A DNA stretch of 64,000 nt from an uncultured bacterium (GTDB taxonomy: Bacteria > Verrucomicrobiota > Verrucomicrobiia > Verrucomicrobiales > DEV007). The DNA lies in NCBI GenBank assembly GCA_963977015.1, contig CAXBMO010000014.1, positions 111,784 to 175,783 on the forward strand. The letters run 5' to 3'. Shown here piece after piece: positions 1 through 11,400 of this stretch; positions within the stretch are counted from its first letter, which is position 1; the number at the start of each line of letters is the position of its first letter. A program made the translations under genes and the position numbers. The notes under the pieces are model-generated. The model saw nothing but the letters and a program-made list of their open reading frames with translations. It ran no database searches and was not told where the DNA came from.

Positions 1-1
1 G

Positions 2-1750
2 CCGGGCGCTGATCAAGGTCGTTTCTCCGCCAGCGGTTTCGAGGACATTCATTTCACCCAAATTGAAGACTTGGCGCTGAGCGGGGACTTGGTTCTAACC
101 GGAACGGCAGGTGATGATGTCCTGGAAATTAGTCCTATTGATTCCAATCAAGGAGTGATTCGTTTAACGAGCAATGGCACGCCGGGACTGGTCATCTCTT
201 ATGCCGGCCTAACTTCGTTGACCTTTAACGGCGCGGCTGGGAACGATGAATTGCTGATCCAATATCCTGACGGTATTGTCTTTGCTCCTGCCGGTGGCGT
301 GACCTTTAACGGTGGTGGTGAGACGGATACGTTGACGATCAACGGAGCCACCCTGACCACATCGCTCGATGTCACCATGGGAAGTGCAACAACGCTTGGC
401 GTGACCGCTTTCGACGCGACCGTTGGCGGCCCGGTCACCACGAATATTTCGATCTATAACGTGAGCAATACGACCTTGAATGGAGGATCGGCGGCGGACA
501 CCTTTTCGATTATACCCGGACCAACGACGACGTTCAGTGTGAATGGCGGGGATCCGGATCTCCTTCCGGGCGATCGCCTTGATGTAGTGGCAACGAACGG
601 GACGATGCACGGTGGCAGGGATGTTGGTTCCGGTGTCTGGACCTTCCCCGGGGGGCTTCAGCCGATCAATTTCACAGGGATCGAAAGCGACGGCGTAACG
701 CCGGTCCTGTCCGGAGTGAATGGGGCTTTGAGTCGTTTGACTCACGGACAGGGGAAAGGACCGCTGGGGCTCTTCCCGACCATCGTGGTGACCCAGGCAT
801 CGTTCCTCACCGAGGCCATCATCCAGTTCGCTGGGGGATACCAGCCTGGTGAGGACGCGCTTCGCTCGATCGCTTTGCCAGCCGGATTCACTCAGAAGTT
901 CGATCCCGCGTCCGGTCGCTTGACCATCACTGCTGGGGAAGAAGGTGCTTCTGCCTTGGACATGGAGGTTGCCCTGCGTTCTGTGGTCTACGAGAACAAG
1001 AATTTGACGGACCCGACCCCTGGGACGCGGTCCATTGTCGTTGTCGTCTATGACATCAGTGGGCGTAGTAATGTCCTGACGGTTACCGTGACCCAGGAAC
1101 GCGATCCGAAGTTGGTTGCCCCTGGCAATCAGAACTCCGCCTCGGTAATTGGAAGTGGAACTTCGCAAGGTGGGCAGCAGGGAGATGGTGGCCTTTCTGA
1201 GTTGCTTGCCCTCCTGAACAGCTTTGGTGATGACGGCGTTTTCGCCGGATTCCGGGTTGATCCGTTGGAAGAAGGGGCAAATTACGGCTTCTTGAATGGT
1301 CAAATCGTAGGTCCGGATGGAACTGCGGTGGATCTTGGCAATTTGAGTAGCGGACAGAGTAGCGTCTTGGCTTCGCTTCCACCGCTTTCGACACTGACTC
1401 CATTCTTTGCGGGCAGTTCGGGAGTTGGCTCTCAGGTCATCGTGACAATTAGCGATGGAGCTGGCGGTTTCAGCCAGACGATGACGGTTCAGACCGATTC
1501 CGCAGGAAACTGGTCGGCCGCATTTTTGGGGCTCACTCTGGAAGACCGAACCTACTCAGTGACCGTCCAAGAGGTTGCCGCAGTCATCGACGTGTTTGAC
1601 GTGGAGAGAACGTTTCTACGAGTTGGTCATTTTCATGGAGGAATCCTGCCGAATGGGGCTGATGATGAGGACCTGAGCCTTGGCGATATCTTCGGCATGA
1701 TCATCGATACGGTGAATCCGGAAGAAGCGCTGGAAAAGCTCGCTGAATAA
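2..1750 (+). CDS. C-terminal part of a large extracellular repeat protein (5'-truncated by the window); paralog of the downstream giant protein
   Basis: The frame is open from position 2 (PGADQGRFSASGFEDIHFTQIEDL...), so the TTG at 71 is probably internal. Gly/Thr/Asp-rich beta repeats. The last ~400 aa align by eye with the C-terminus of 2437..39996; both end in GGILPNGxDDEDLxLGDIFGMIIDTxxPEEAxxKLAE*. Confidence 0.9.
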   Translation, partial: PGADQGRFSASGFEDIHFTQIEDLALSGDLVLTGTAGDDVLEISPIDSNQGVIRLTSNGTPGLVISYAGLTSLTFNGAAGNDELLIQYPDGIVFAPAGGVTFNGGGETDTLTINGATLTTSLDVTMGSATTLGVTAFDATVGGPVTTNISIYNVSNTTLNGGSAADTFSIIPGPTTTFSVNGGDPDLLPGDRLDVVATNGTMHGGRDVGSGVWTFPGGLQPINFTGIESDGVTPVLSGVNGALSRLTHGQGKGPLGLFPTIVVTQASFLTEAIIQFAGGYQPGEDALRSIALPAGFTQKFDPASGRLTITAGEEGASALDMEVALRSVVYENKNLTDPTPGTRSIVVVVYDISGRSNVLTVTVTQERDPKLVAPGNQNSASVIGSGTSQGGQQGDGGLSELLALLNSFGDDGVFAGFRVDPLEEGANYGFLNGQIVGPDGTAVDLGNLSSGQSSVLASLPPLSTLTPFFAGSSGVGSQVIVTISDGAGGFSQTMTVQTDSAGNWSAAFLGLTLEDRTYSVTVQEVAAVIDVFDVERTFLRVGHFHGGILPNGADDEDLSLGDIFGMIIDTVNPEEALEKLAE

Positions 1751-1936
1751 TCGGCCAGTCAAAGATTAGGAGTACTTCGGTAAAATGGAGGGAAGCTGTA
1801 AAAATGGTGGCTAAAACGTCACAGATTTGGTATTTCTGACAACCATTGTTGAAGAGTCGGTCTGTCTACTCAGCGCAAACTTTCAGGCGTTTTCATCATT
1901 AAATCCCCTTCAGAAGATTCCCTCGTATCATTGGCG

Positions 1937-2290
1937 CCCGACCATGTGACCTATTTCGTGTCGGCGGACGAAGCGGTGTGTACTAACTACGAAGTCCACA
2001 ATTCGATTGACGACGACGGTGTGTCGTTGGTGTCCGAAGCCCCTGAATACGAGAGGATTAGCACGCATAAGGAGGGCCGCTCGGATGCCGTCGTCTATTG
2101 CTCTTGGGCGAAAGAGTTTGATCCATCGAAGACGGTGACGAGGTGCGCTCGGAGTAGAGTTTGCCAATCGGTATCAAGCCATCTGAAGCGAAAAGTTCAG
2201 ACGTTGGCCGACAAGAAGATCAGCTTTGAACGATTTTACGGAAGTTGCCAAAGCCGCCACGTTGGATCCGGGGACGATGACAGGAAGTCA
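1937..2290 (+). ncRNA. Candidate large structured leader RNA upstream of the giant gene (family not recognised)
   Basis: Nested complementary segments found by hand: 1937-1948/2258-2272, 1959-1965/2207-2213, 2003-2009/2165-2171, 2012-2022/2085-2095, plus local hairpins at 1966-1997, 2100-2117, 2124-2137, 2139-2151, 2182-2201, 2223-2254 and 2278-2290. Mismatches are mostly G-U compatible on the + strand. Confidence 0.55.
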
Positions 2291-2333
2291 CGTTCTGCGC
2301 TTCCATTTGCTTTCTACATTTCATCATTCCTCC

Positions 2334-2376
2334 AAAAGCCACCAAAAGGCCGCCCCATGGGCCTTGGTGGCTTTTT
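2334..2376 (+). terminator. Intrinsic terminator-like hairpin in the 5' leader of the giant gene (possible attenuator)
   Basis: AAAAGCCACC-AA-AAGGCC-gccccatg-GGCCTT-GGTGGCTTTTT: GC-rich stem with a 2-nt bulge and a T5 run, ending 60 nt before the ATG at 2437. Confidence 0.7.
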
Positions 2377-2436
2377 CATCGGGAAATTGGATTCACTCCC
2401 CGGTTACGAATTACCATTTTCTTTCAGTCCCAGTTT

Positions 2437-5400
2437 ATGACCCCCTCTATACTTAAGCGGCTTCAAGCCATCTTAAATCGCGACTCCGGCAGTCAGCGTC
2501 AGCTTCAAATGGAACAGTTGGAGCCTCGGATTCTTTATTCAGCAGCCCCAGTTGAGGCCGCGCCTGAAGCAGAGATGAGTTCCGAGCCTGCGCAAAATGC
2601 ACCAGCTGCCGCGCCTGCGGATGAATCGTCCCACGCGGCAGATCCTGCTCCGGCACAAGGGGAAAATTCTGCAGCGTCAATCTTGGAGACCGAGGTCGTG
2701 GTCTTGCCAGAAACTACCGAGGCTGCAGATTCGACCTACCCCGGAGGGGAGGCGAGTGGAGACGTAGCTGCTGGCAACGAGTTGGATCAGCAGATGTTGG
2801 AAAATATCGCGGCTGCCGCGGCAGATCGTTGGGCGGAGTCCGGTTTGAGCGCGGAGCAAAGCGCGGCGTTGAGCAACGTGGTTTACGAGATCGCCGACCT
2901 GAGCGGCAATCACCTGGGAGCAGCGGAAGGTAACGTTGTCACCATCGATATTGACGCTGCGGGACACGGCTGGTTTGTCGACGAAACGCCATTGCAGGAC
3001 GAGGAGTTCGTGGCTGACATCGGTACGCCAACCCGGCTGTTTTCAACGGATCCGAATGGGCGGATGGATTTGCTGACGGTATTACTGCACGAGCAGGGAC
3101 ACATTTTAGGATTGGACCATGAGGAAACGAATGCATCGAGTGTGATGTACGACACGTTCTGGGCAGACGAACGTGTCTTGATCGATGAAGGACAGGCTGC
3201 GGGCGCGGTCGCGGGGAGTTTGGAAGGGATCCATTCCGCCACGACCGACACGGTGATCGCCGGTTACGATTTCGATGACGGGACTGACGATGACGGCACG
3301 GCAACCGTCACCGCTGGTGAGGCGGACAATGCCACCGCGGCGGTGACTGTGAAGAATGCAAATGTCACTGCGAGTGATTTTAGTGTTGGCGCGGGGCTCA
3401 AGTTTCTGATCAATCAGGATAACGGCAACAGCAATTTCAGTGACCTCGACGCGGAAGGGAATGAATTTGGAACCGAAAACGGTTTCGAGTTCGGTGGGGC
3501 TCAAAACGCTTTTGAGTTCACCGACATGGACAACAACAATAACCTCGGGTTGGCGATCACTAACGATGACTACATGGCCTTCACGGTGACCCCGGATGAA
3601 CGGTATGAGATGGATCTGTCCAATTTTACCTTTTTGTCCAGAGTAAACAACACCAACAATTCGGCAGAACGTTGGGCTTTATTTTCTTCAATCGATGGGT
3701 TCGCCGAAGGTGATCAGATCGGAGAGGGACGAAATAATGGAAATGACGGCCAGTACAATGCTTTTACGGTTGGTTTGTCCGATCCGAAATTCCAGAATCT
3801 CACCGAAGCAACAGAATTTCGACTCTACATCTACGGAGGAAATCAAACTTCCAATTCCGCCACACTGTTCGACAAAGTCATCGTCAACGGCACGACCGTC
3901 CCGACGGTCGTCTACGTCGATGATAACTGGGCTGCTGGCGGGAGCGATCCTCAGAGCAATGGCCAGGCGATAACTGACGCGGACTTAGGGACTTCGTCAG
4001 ATCAAGGTGCCGTGTATGGCGATAACGGTTTTGCAACGGTCGAAGCCGCGCTTGCAGCGGTGGCGGATGGAGGAACGGTCATCATCAATCAAGGCACCTA
4101 TGCTGAAAATCTGAACCTTTCCAAAGCGGTGACCTTTCAGGTGACTGGACCAAATGTGGAACAAACCGCGACGATCAGCGGAGAGATTTCAGGGGTGGAA
4201 GCGCTGACGAAGTCCGGTTCGGGGACTTTGGTGGTGAGTGGAGACAACACCTACTCTGGCGGGACAACGATTTCACAGGGAACATTGTCGACGACCACTA
4301 ATTCCACGGCGCTCGGCACCGGGACCGTGAACATGAATGGTGGAATCCTGCGGACGACGGTTAGTCTGGGCAACGAGATCAGCTTGAACGATGTGACCAC
4401 AACCACTTCGAACACGATTGAAGTGGATGGCAACTACCATGTTCTCAGTGGTAAGGTTACTGGAGCCGGAGGTTTGACCGTGGGGAAGGTCGGCGGCGGA
4501 AACGACGGCTTGGCGTTGTCCAATTCGGCGAACGACTTTCAGGGTGACTTAACTATTACGGGTAGCAGCGCTTTCCTTCGACTTGATACCGATGGCGTCA
4601 TTCCTGATACTGCTAACGTTCTTGTGGGTAATGGCGCGGCCCTCCGACTGGAAGGGGATGCCCGAACGGAGACCATCGCGGGTCTCAGCGGCGGTGGTCG
4701 GATTTTTGCAGTGAATTCTGGCGGTGGGGCCACGCTGATCGTCGGAGCTGGCGATGCCACGAGTGAATTTTCGGGTCAGATTGGTGGCGGCGGCGCCAAC
4801 AACAAGAATATCAGTCTGGAGAAGATCGGGAACGGAACGTTCACGTTGGCGGGAACGACTTCGGACTACACCGGCACCACCACTATCACTAGCGGTATTT
4901 TGCGAGCGGATGCGGCGGATGTTGTCGCTACGTCAGGAGCTTTGGGCGTCGGTAATATTACGTTCTCTGGGGGCACGTTGCAGTACACCGTGAACAGCGC
5001 GGGCACCGATTACAGTGCTCGTATCGTCGACAGCTCCAGTGCGATTACGCTCGATACCAACGGTCAGGAGGTCACTTTGAGCAATGACTTTGCTAGCACC
5101 AACACTGGCGGCTTGACCAAACTCGGAACGGGAACGCTGACAGTGGAGTTTCCAGATACGGGGAGCTACGATGGTCTCACCAGGGTCGATGGAGGAGAGT
5201 TGAAGGTACTGAATGATGACGGGGCACTGCAAAGATGGCGGGCCGGTAATTTCGAAATCAACAATGGCTCCACTTTGGAAATTGGAGGAGACGACACCAC
5301 TGTCTTTCAAGGATTAACATGGACCTTCGATAGCAATGGAGGGGGTACGGTTAATTTGGTGGGAAATACCATTTTCCAGACTAACAACAATACGTTCGTA

Positions 5401-8400
5401 ACCACAGGTGGATTGAAAAACACCATCAGCGGTGTGCGATACAATTTGCAGAATTCGAACACGATAAATTACAATGTCGCGCAGGGCACGGATGTTTCGG
5501 GTATTGATCTAGAAGTGTCTGCCAGGCACGACCGGGGTTCTATCGTCAAGACCGGACTCGGGACCGTAGCCCTGACTGACACGACTAACAATTTGAGAAG
5601 TGACAACACGATCACGATCAATGCGGGTGCGTTGGAGATCGCTGAAGGCGGAAGGCTGAGCAATGGCAACTGGGATGGTGCCATCATCAACGACGGTATC
5701 TTCAGGCATAACAGCAGCGCGGATCAGACGCTGAGCGGGGTGATTTCCGGGACAGGAACGCTCGAAATGTCTGGCTCGGGAGAGATGACTCTGAGCGGCG
5801 TCAACACCTACACTGGAGCCACAGACGTCAATTCGGGAACGCTGACCGTGGGGGGAGAGATCGGCAATGGCGGACCAGCGGGCGTTGTCACGGTTGCCAG
5901 CGGGGCGTTCCTGGCGGGCTCGGGAACGATTCGCGCCCAGGTGGATGCCAGCGCGGGTAGCATCATCCCGGGTGGAGTCGGCTCGGCGGGCGCGTTGACG
6001 GTGGACGGAGTGCTCAATTTCGGGACCGGATCGACAACCGGGGTCTTTTCCGCGGAATTGGACAGTGGAAGCAATGACTCGATCGTGGTCACAGGCGCGG
6101 TGAACCTCACCGATGTGACACTCAATCCGTTGACGATCGGAGGGTTCGTTGCCACGGACGGCGCTCAGGTAACCCTGATCGACAACCAACAGAGCGGTGT
6201 CGCGGTCACTGGAACCTTCAACGGTCTGGCCGATGGCGCTGAGATCACCGAGTTGGCCTCCGGTGACATCAAAGCTTACATCAGCTACTTCGGCGGCGAT
6301 GGGAACGACGTCACGATTTCGTTCATCGACACCGTCACTCCGGGCACGGTCACCGTGGCGGACAACCCGAATCTGGACTTTGACACCACGTTTACCTTTC
6401 AGATCTCCGGGGACACCCTGCAAGTGCTGGCGAACGGCCAAGTGGTGGACGCGCGCCCAATCGCCGCAGTCAAGAATCTCGTCATCAACGGCGATGACGC
6501 CATTCCAGGCGATGAAGGCGACGATACCTTCACGATCGATTACACCCTCGATCCGAGGTTGTTGGACATCGACATCACCTTCAACGGCGGTGGTCAGGCT
6601 ACGGCCGCGGGTGATACGCTCTTCGTGACCGGCGGGACGTTCGGCACGGTGACGCATAACCTCACCAACACGACGGATGGCAACATCCACATCGATGGGG
6701 ACGGCGTCGCTGACATCACTTACACTGGTTTGGAGCCAGTTGATATGACCGGGAGCACCGCGACGGATTTCGTCTTCAATCTACCGGCGGGCGCGAACCC
6801 CGACGTGGTTTTGCGCAATAGCGCGACCGCGGGCGAGATGGAATTGGTCGGCTCGACGTTTGAGTCGACGATTTTCACGGTTCCGAGCGGTTCGATCACG
6901 ATTAACGGCAACACCGGGGCTGACACGATCACGATCGAGAGCCTCGACGCGGCTTTCGCAGCCGACATCGTCGTGGACGTGGGCGACGGGACGGATTCGG
7001 TGACGATTTCCGGCGCACTGGACTACGACGGCGATCTGACGATCACGGCGGAAACGATCAATTTGAATGCCCGGGTCGACACCACAACGGGCGACCAGAC
7101 TTACAACGGCGATGTGGTGCAGGGCGTGACCGGACTGATGCGGTTGACGGCGGCGAACATCCGTTTCAACGGCGACACCACGCTTCAAAGCGGCGGCTCC
7201 AATGAATTTCAACTTCTCGCGGCTCAAGTCACCAACTCGGCGGCCGGGACGTTCGATGTGAATGGCGGGCGGCTCAAACTGGAAAGCAGCACCCATATCG
7301 TCAATGAGGGGAACTTCGAAATCGGGACCAACGGCTCAGTGCCAATCTTTGGCGGAACCTCGGCCCGCATCACCAACAACGGCACGTTCACCCACAACGG
7401 ATCGCAGATCCGCCTCTACATGGAGATCATCAACAACGGGACCATGGTGATCGACAATCCTTCCGGAACGGCTGAGATTCAGTTCAAGGCGCCGAGTTCG
7501 ATCGGTTCGGGTGGAGTCATCACCAACAACGGCACGCTGAACATTAGCGAAGCGGCCGCCCGGTTCGATGAAGCTGGCGCGATCGTTAACGCGAACGGCG
7601 GGATCATCAACGTCACCGGCGCGAGCGTGACTTTCGCCGAAAACCTGACGGTGACGAACCAGTCCGGTGGCGCATTGAACCTGAACGGTGGAACGGTCAC
7701 GGTCAACGACACCACCTTGACGAACGAATCCGGCGGTACGCTCAATTTGACCGACGGAACCATGACGTTGACCAACAACGGTGCCGCGAACAGCGCAGGC
7801 GTGACCAATTTCCTCGGCGCGGGCTACACGGTCAACGGAACGGGGACGTTCACGAACCAATCGGGCGGCGTCGCGGAACTCGGGAGCGGCGTCACGGTGA
7901 CGGTTGATGGCGCTGCCCTGACCAACGATTCCGGCGGCACGCTCAATTTGACCGACGGAACCCTGACGTTGACCAACAACGGCGCCGCGAACAGCGCCGG
8001 CGTGACCAATTTCCTCGGCACGAGCTACACGGTCAACGGAACGGGAACGTTCACGAACCAATCGGGGGGTGTGGCGAACCTGGATAGTGGGAGCGTTACG
8101 GTCGATGGAACGACCTTTACCAACAACTCAGGCGGAGTCGTGAGTTTTGCCGGGGCAAACCTCACCCTTGCGAACACTGCCAGCGTGGTGAATGACGCCG
8201 GTGGCGACTTTAACCTGTCCGGCGGTGCGTATACAATCGACATCAGTGATGCATCCTCCGTTTTGACCAACAACGGGACGACCACATGGACGGCTGGGTC
8301 GAGTGGCCACAAAACGATTACCGGCTCCGGAACGTTCCTCAACGAGGGCGATTTCATTCATGCCCAAGGCGGGGGAAATGATAATCTGCAATTGACCGGT

Positions 8401-11400
8401 TCCCTCACCTTTCAGAACAACGGCAACTTTACCTTCGTCGATGAGGGGGATGTGAACATCTCGAGCGGATCCGCGCAATTCCGTAATGCGGGCGTGGTAA
8501 ACAAGACAACGGATCCGTCCACCGATCCGAGTTTCTTCTTCGGGAACGGAGATTTTCATGCGCTGGCCGGAAGCGAGGTGCTTTCCACCGTAGCCGGGAC
8601 GCGGATCCATATTGCGACCGGAGGAACCAGTGACGCGGGAGCCGAATGGAATGCGGACGGCGGAAATATCGGACTTGGCAGCACCTGGAGCGGCACGTTT
8701 GCCGGAACGTCGTCCAACGGCGGGGTGTTGCGTTTGACGGATCCGGGCAGTTCGATCGAGCACAATATTACTGTTGGTACGGGCGGACTTACCTTCAACA
8801 TCGGGGGTGATGGAGTGGTTTGGGCGGATGCCGCGATCAATGTGAATGGGCAGTCGCTCACCAATCTCGGCGTGCTTCAAATTGTGGGCACTGGTCTCAA
8901 GTCGTTGCAGGGCACGATGACGAACTCCGGCACCACGAATGTCGCCGGGGACATCACGGTGACCGGAGGCGAGTTTGTCAACACTTCGGGTTCAACTCTC
9001 AATTTCGAATCAGGGATCGTAACGTTGACCGGAGCGAACGACGCGTTGCGGAACCAAAGTGGTGGCATCTTCGAAATCGGAACGTCGGGGACGAGTATTC
9101 TCGACGGCCTTGGTAGGCTGATCAATGATTCTGGTGCAACCATCACCTGGAGTGACGGGGCGCTCAGCGTTCGGACCACGGCGACGTTCCAAAACGACGG
9201 GATCGTCAATTTCACCAGCAATAGCAACGAAACACTCTACGGTAACGGAGAGTTCATCAACAACGGCGAGTTCCATCACATTGGCGCCAACACCAATAGT
9301 GACAACATTATTGGCTACGACGCAGGGACGTTCACCAATAATGGGCTTTTTGCGTTCGATACACGTGGCGATTTTCAGCTGACCGAGAACTACACCTTCA
9401 CCAACAGTTTCACGGGCACGATTCGTAAAACGGCCGATAACAATGCCGATCAGGCTCAGTTCTTCAATAACAATGGCGACACGACAGGCGGTGTTTGGGA
9501 CAATGAAGGCACGATAGAAGTGCTGGTAGGAACGATCCGAGTCACAACGACGGCTTCAGGCGGGAGTTTCAAAGACGTGTCCTCGCCGCAAGTTGTTGGA
9601 ACGGAATTGACCGGAGGAACCTGGATCGCGAATCCGACCGGCGCCAACAACGCTATTATCGATCTCGAACCGGCTGAACCGAACGGGATCGTCACGATCG
9701 GAACCAATGCCACGGTCTCATTATCGGGATCGACGGGGCGTTTTGTTCAGCTCACCAATTTTCTCGCTCAAATCGACGGCTCGCTCACGTTGAACAGCGG
9801 TCAGGTCCTCGACGCGGCGAATGATGTCACCGTTTCCAGCACCGGAACGTTGGCCGGCAACGGCGGAACCATCATTGGAAACATCACCGTGCAATCCGGC
9901 GGCACGCTCTCTCCGGGAGACGGCGCGGCGGATGAGGGGACACTCACCGTAACGGGCGATTTGACGCTGGAAGGCGACGTCAACATCGACATCTCCGGTG
10001 ATCACCTTGCCACAGGCCAGGACTCCATTTCGGTCAGCGGCGCCGTCACCGTCGGTGGAAGTCTGAACTTGAACGTAGATCCGGCGACCGATTTCACCGG
10101 GATGGTCGCGGGCACGGAAATCGTGCTGATTTCCGGCGGTAGTCTTGCGGTGACCGATCCATTCACCGGATTCCACGATGGCATCGCGCTCACGATCGGA
10201 GGGGCGGAATTCACGCTCGATTATGGCGGTGTTAGTGGGAACGACGTGGTCCTGACCGCGCAAGGCGTTGCTCAAACCTCGGTCACGCTAGATGGCTCCA
10301 ACAACCTCGTGATCACCGACCTCGCCAACGAAGACGACACGCTCTCGATCGCGGTGGGCGCGAATCCAGTTTCGGGCGGCGGCGGCGGCTACATCATCAC
10401 CGATACAACGCAGGTGATCAGCACGGCGATTCCCAACGCGGTGCGCGTCAGCGAGCATCAGGTCTTCATCGACTTCGGCGACATTGCCGGAGCTGAAATT
10501 CAGGTCGGGACCGGCGACGGCACTGATATGCTGACTCTCAACTTCGGCAGCGGCGACGCGACGGCGTTCCAGCAGCGCGTCATCTTCACCGGCGGCGAAA
10601 GCGTGGGCGACAACGACACCCTCACGATCGCCAACGGCGTTTTCGGCGTGGTGACGCACACCGCGACCGCCGGCGAGGCGGGGACGATCAATTTGGATTC
10701 GGCGGGAGCGACGGAGATCGAATATTCGCAGCTTGAGCCGGTTGACATGAGCGGCAGTACGGCGACGGACTTCATTTTCAACCTGCCGGGAACGGTGGAC
10801 AATGCGCAATTGAGCGAATCGGGCGGGCTGCTCACACTTGAGAGCACTGACCTCACGCCGACCTTCGAATCCACGACGTTCGCGGCGCCGACCGGCTCGA
10901 TCACGATCAATGGCGGCGCGGGCGCGGACACGCTGACGATCTCGACAGCGATCGACCTGACGGCGAACGGCACCAGCCTGACGATCAACTCTGAATCGAT
11001 CAATCTGAATGGAGGCGCGGTTGATACAGGGGCGGGCAACCAGCGCTACAACGGCGTGGCGACGCTCGGCGCCGACACCACCCTGATAGGGAACGACGTG
11101 ACCTTCACCAACACGGTGGATTCTGACGGGACGGCGCGGAGTTTGACCACGAGCGTCGCCGGGACCCTGACCTTGCGGAACAACATCGGCGCGACCAACG
11201 CGTTGAGCGCACTCGACACCGGCACGACCGGGACGACTCACATCTTTGGCAACACAGTGCTCGACAATCTGGCCACCGGTCCTGGGGCCGGTTTAATTTT
11301 CAACTTCGACGCCTCCTTCGATCCCAACACGGAGGACAACCTCGTGCCCGATCTGGCGGGAGCCGTGGGCACGGGCGGGGTCGGTGGCGGACCGTTCTCG

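Noticed and set aside
2334-2403. Catalytic group II intron domains V/VI
   Set aside because: The bulge is on the wrong strand, there is no GNRA loop, no G-U pair at the triad G and no canonical branch-site or 3' AY end; a terminator is the simpler reading.
1931-2440. 169-aa + strand ORF (and 76-79 aa ORFs) in the spacer before the giant gene
   Set aside because: TTG start, no recognisable motif, and it runs through a terminator-like hairpin; better explained as structured non-coding sequence, though not excluded.
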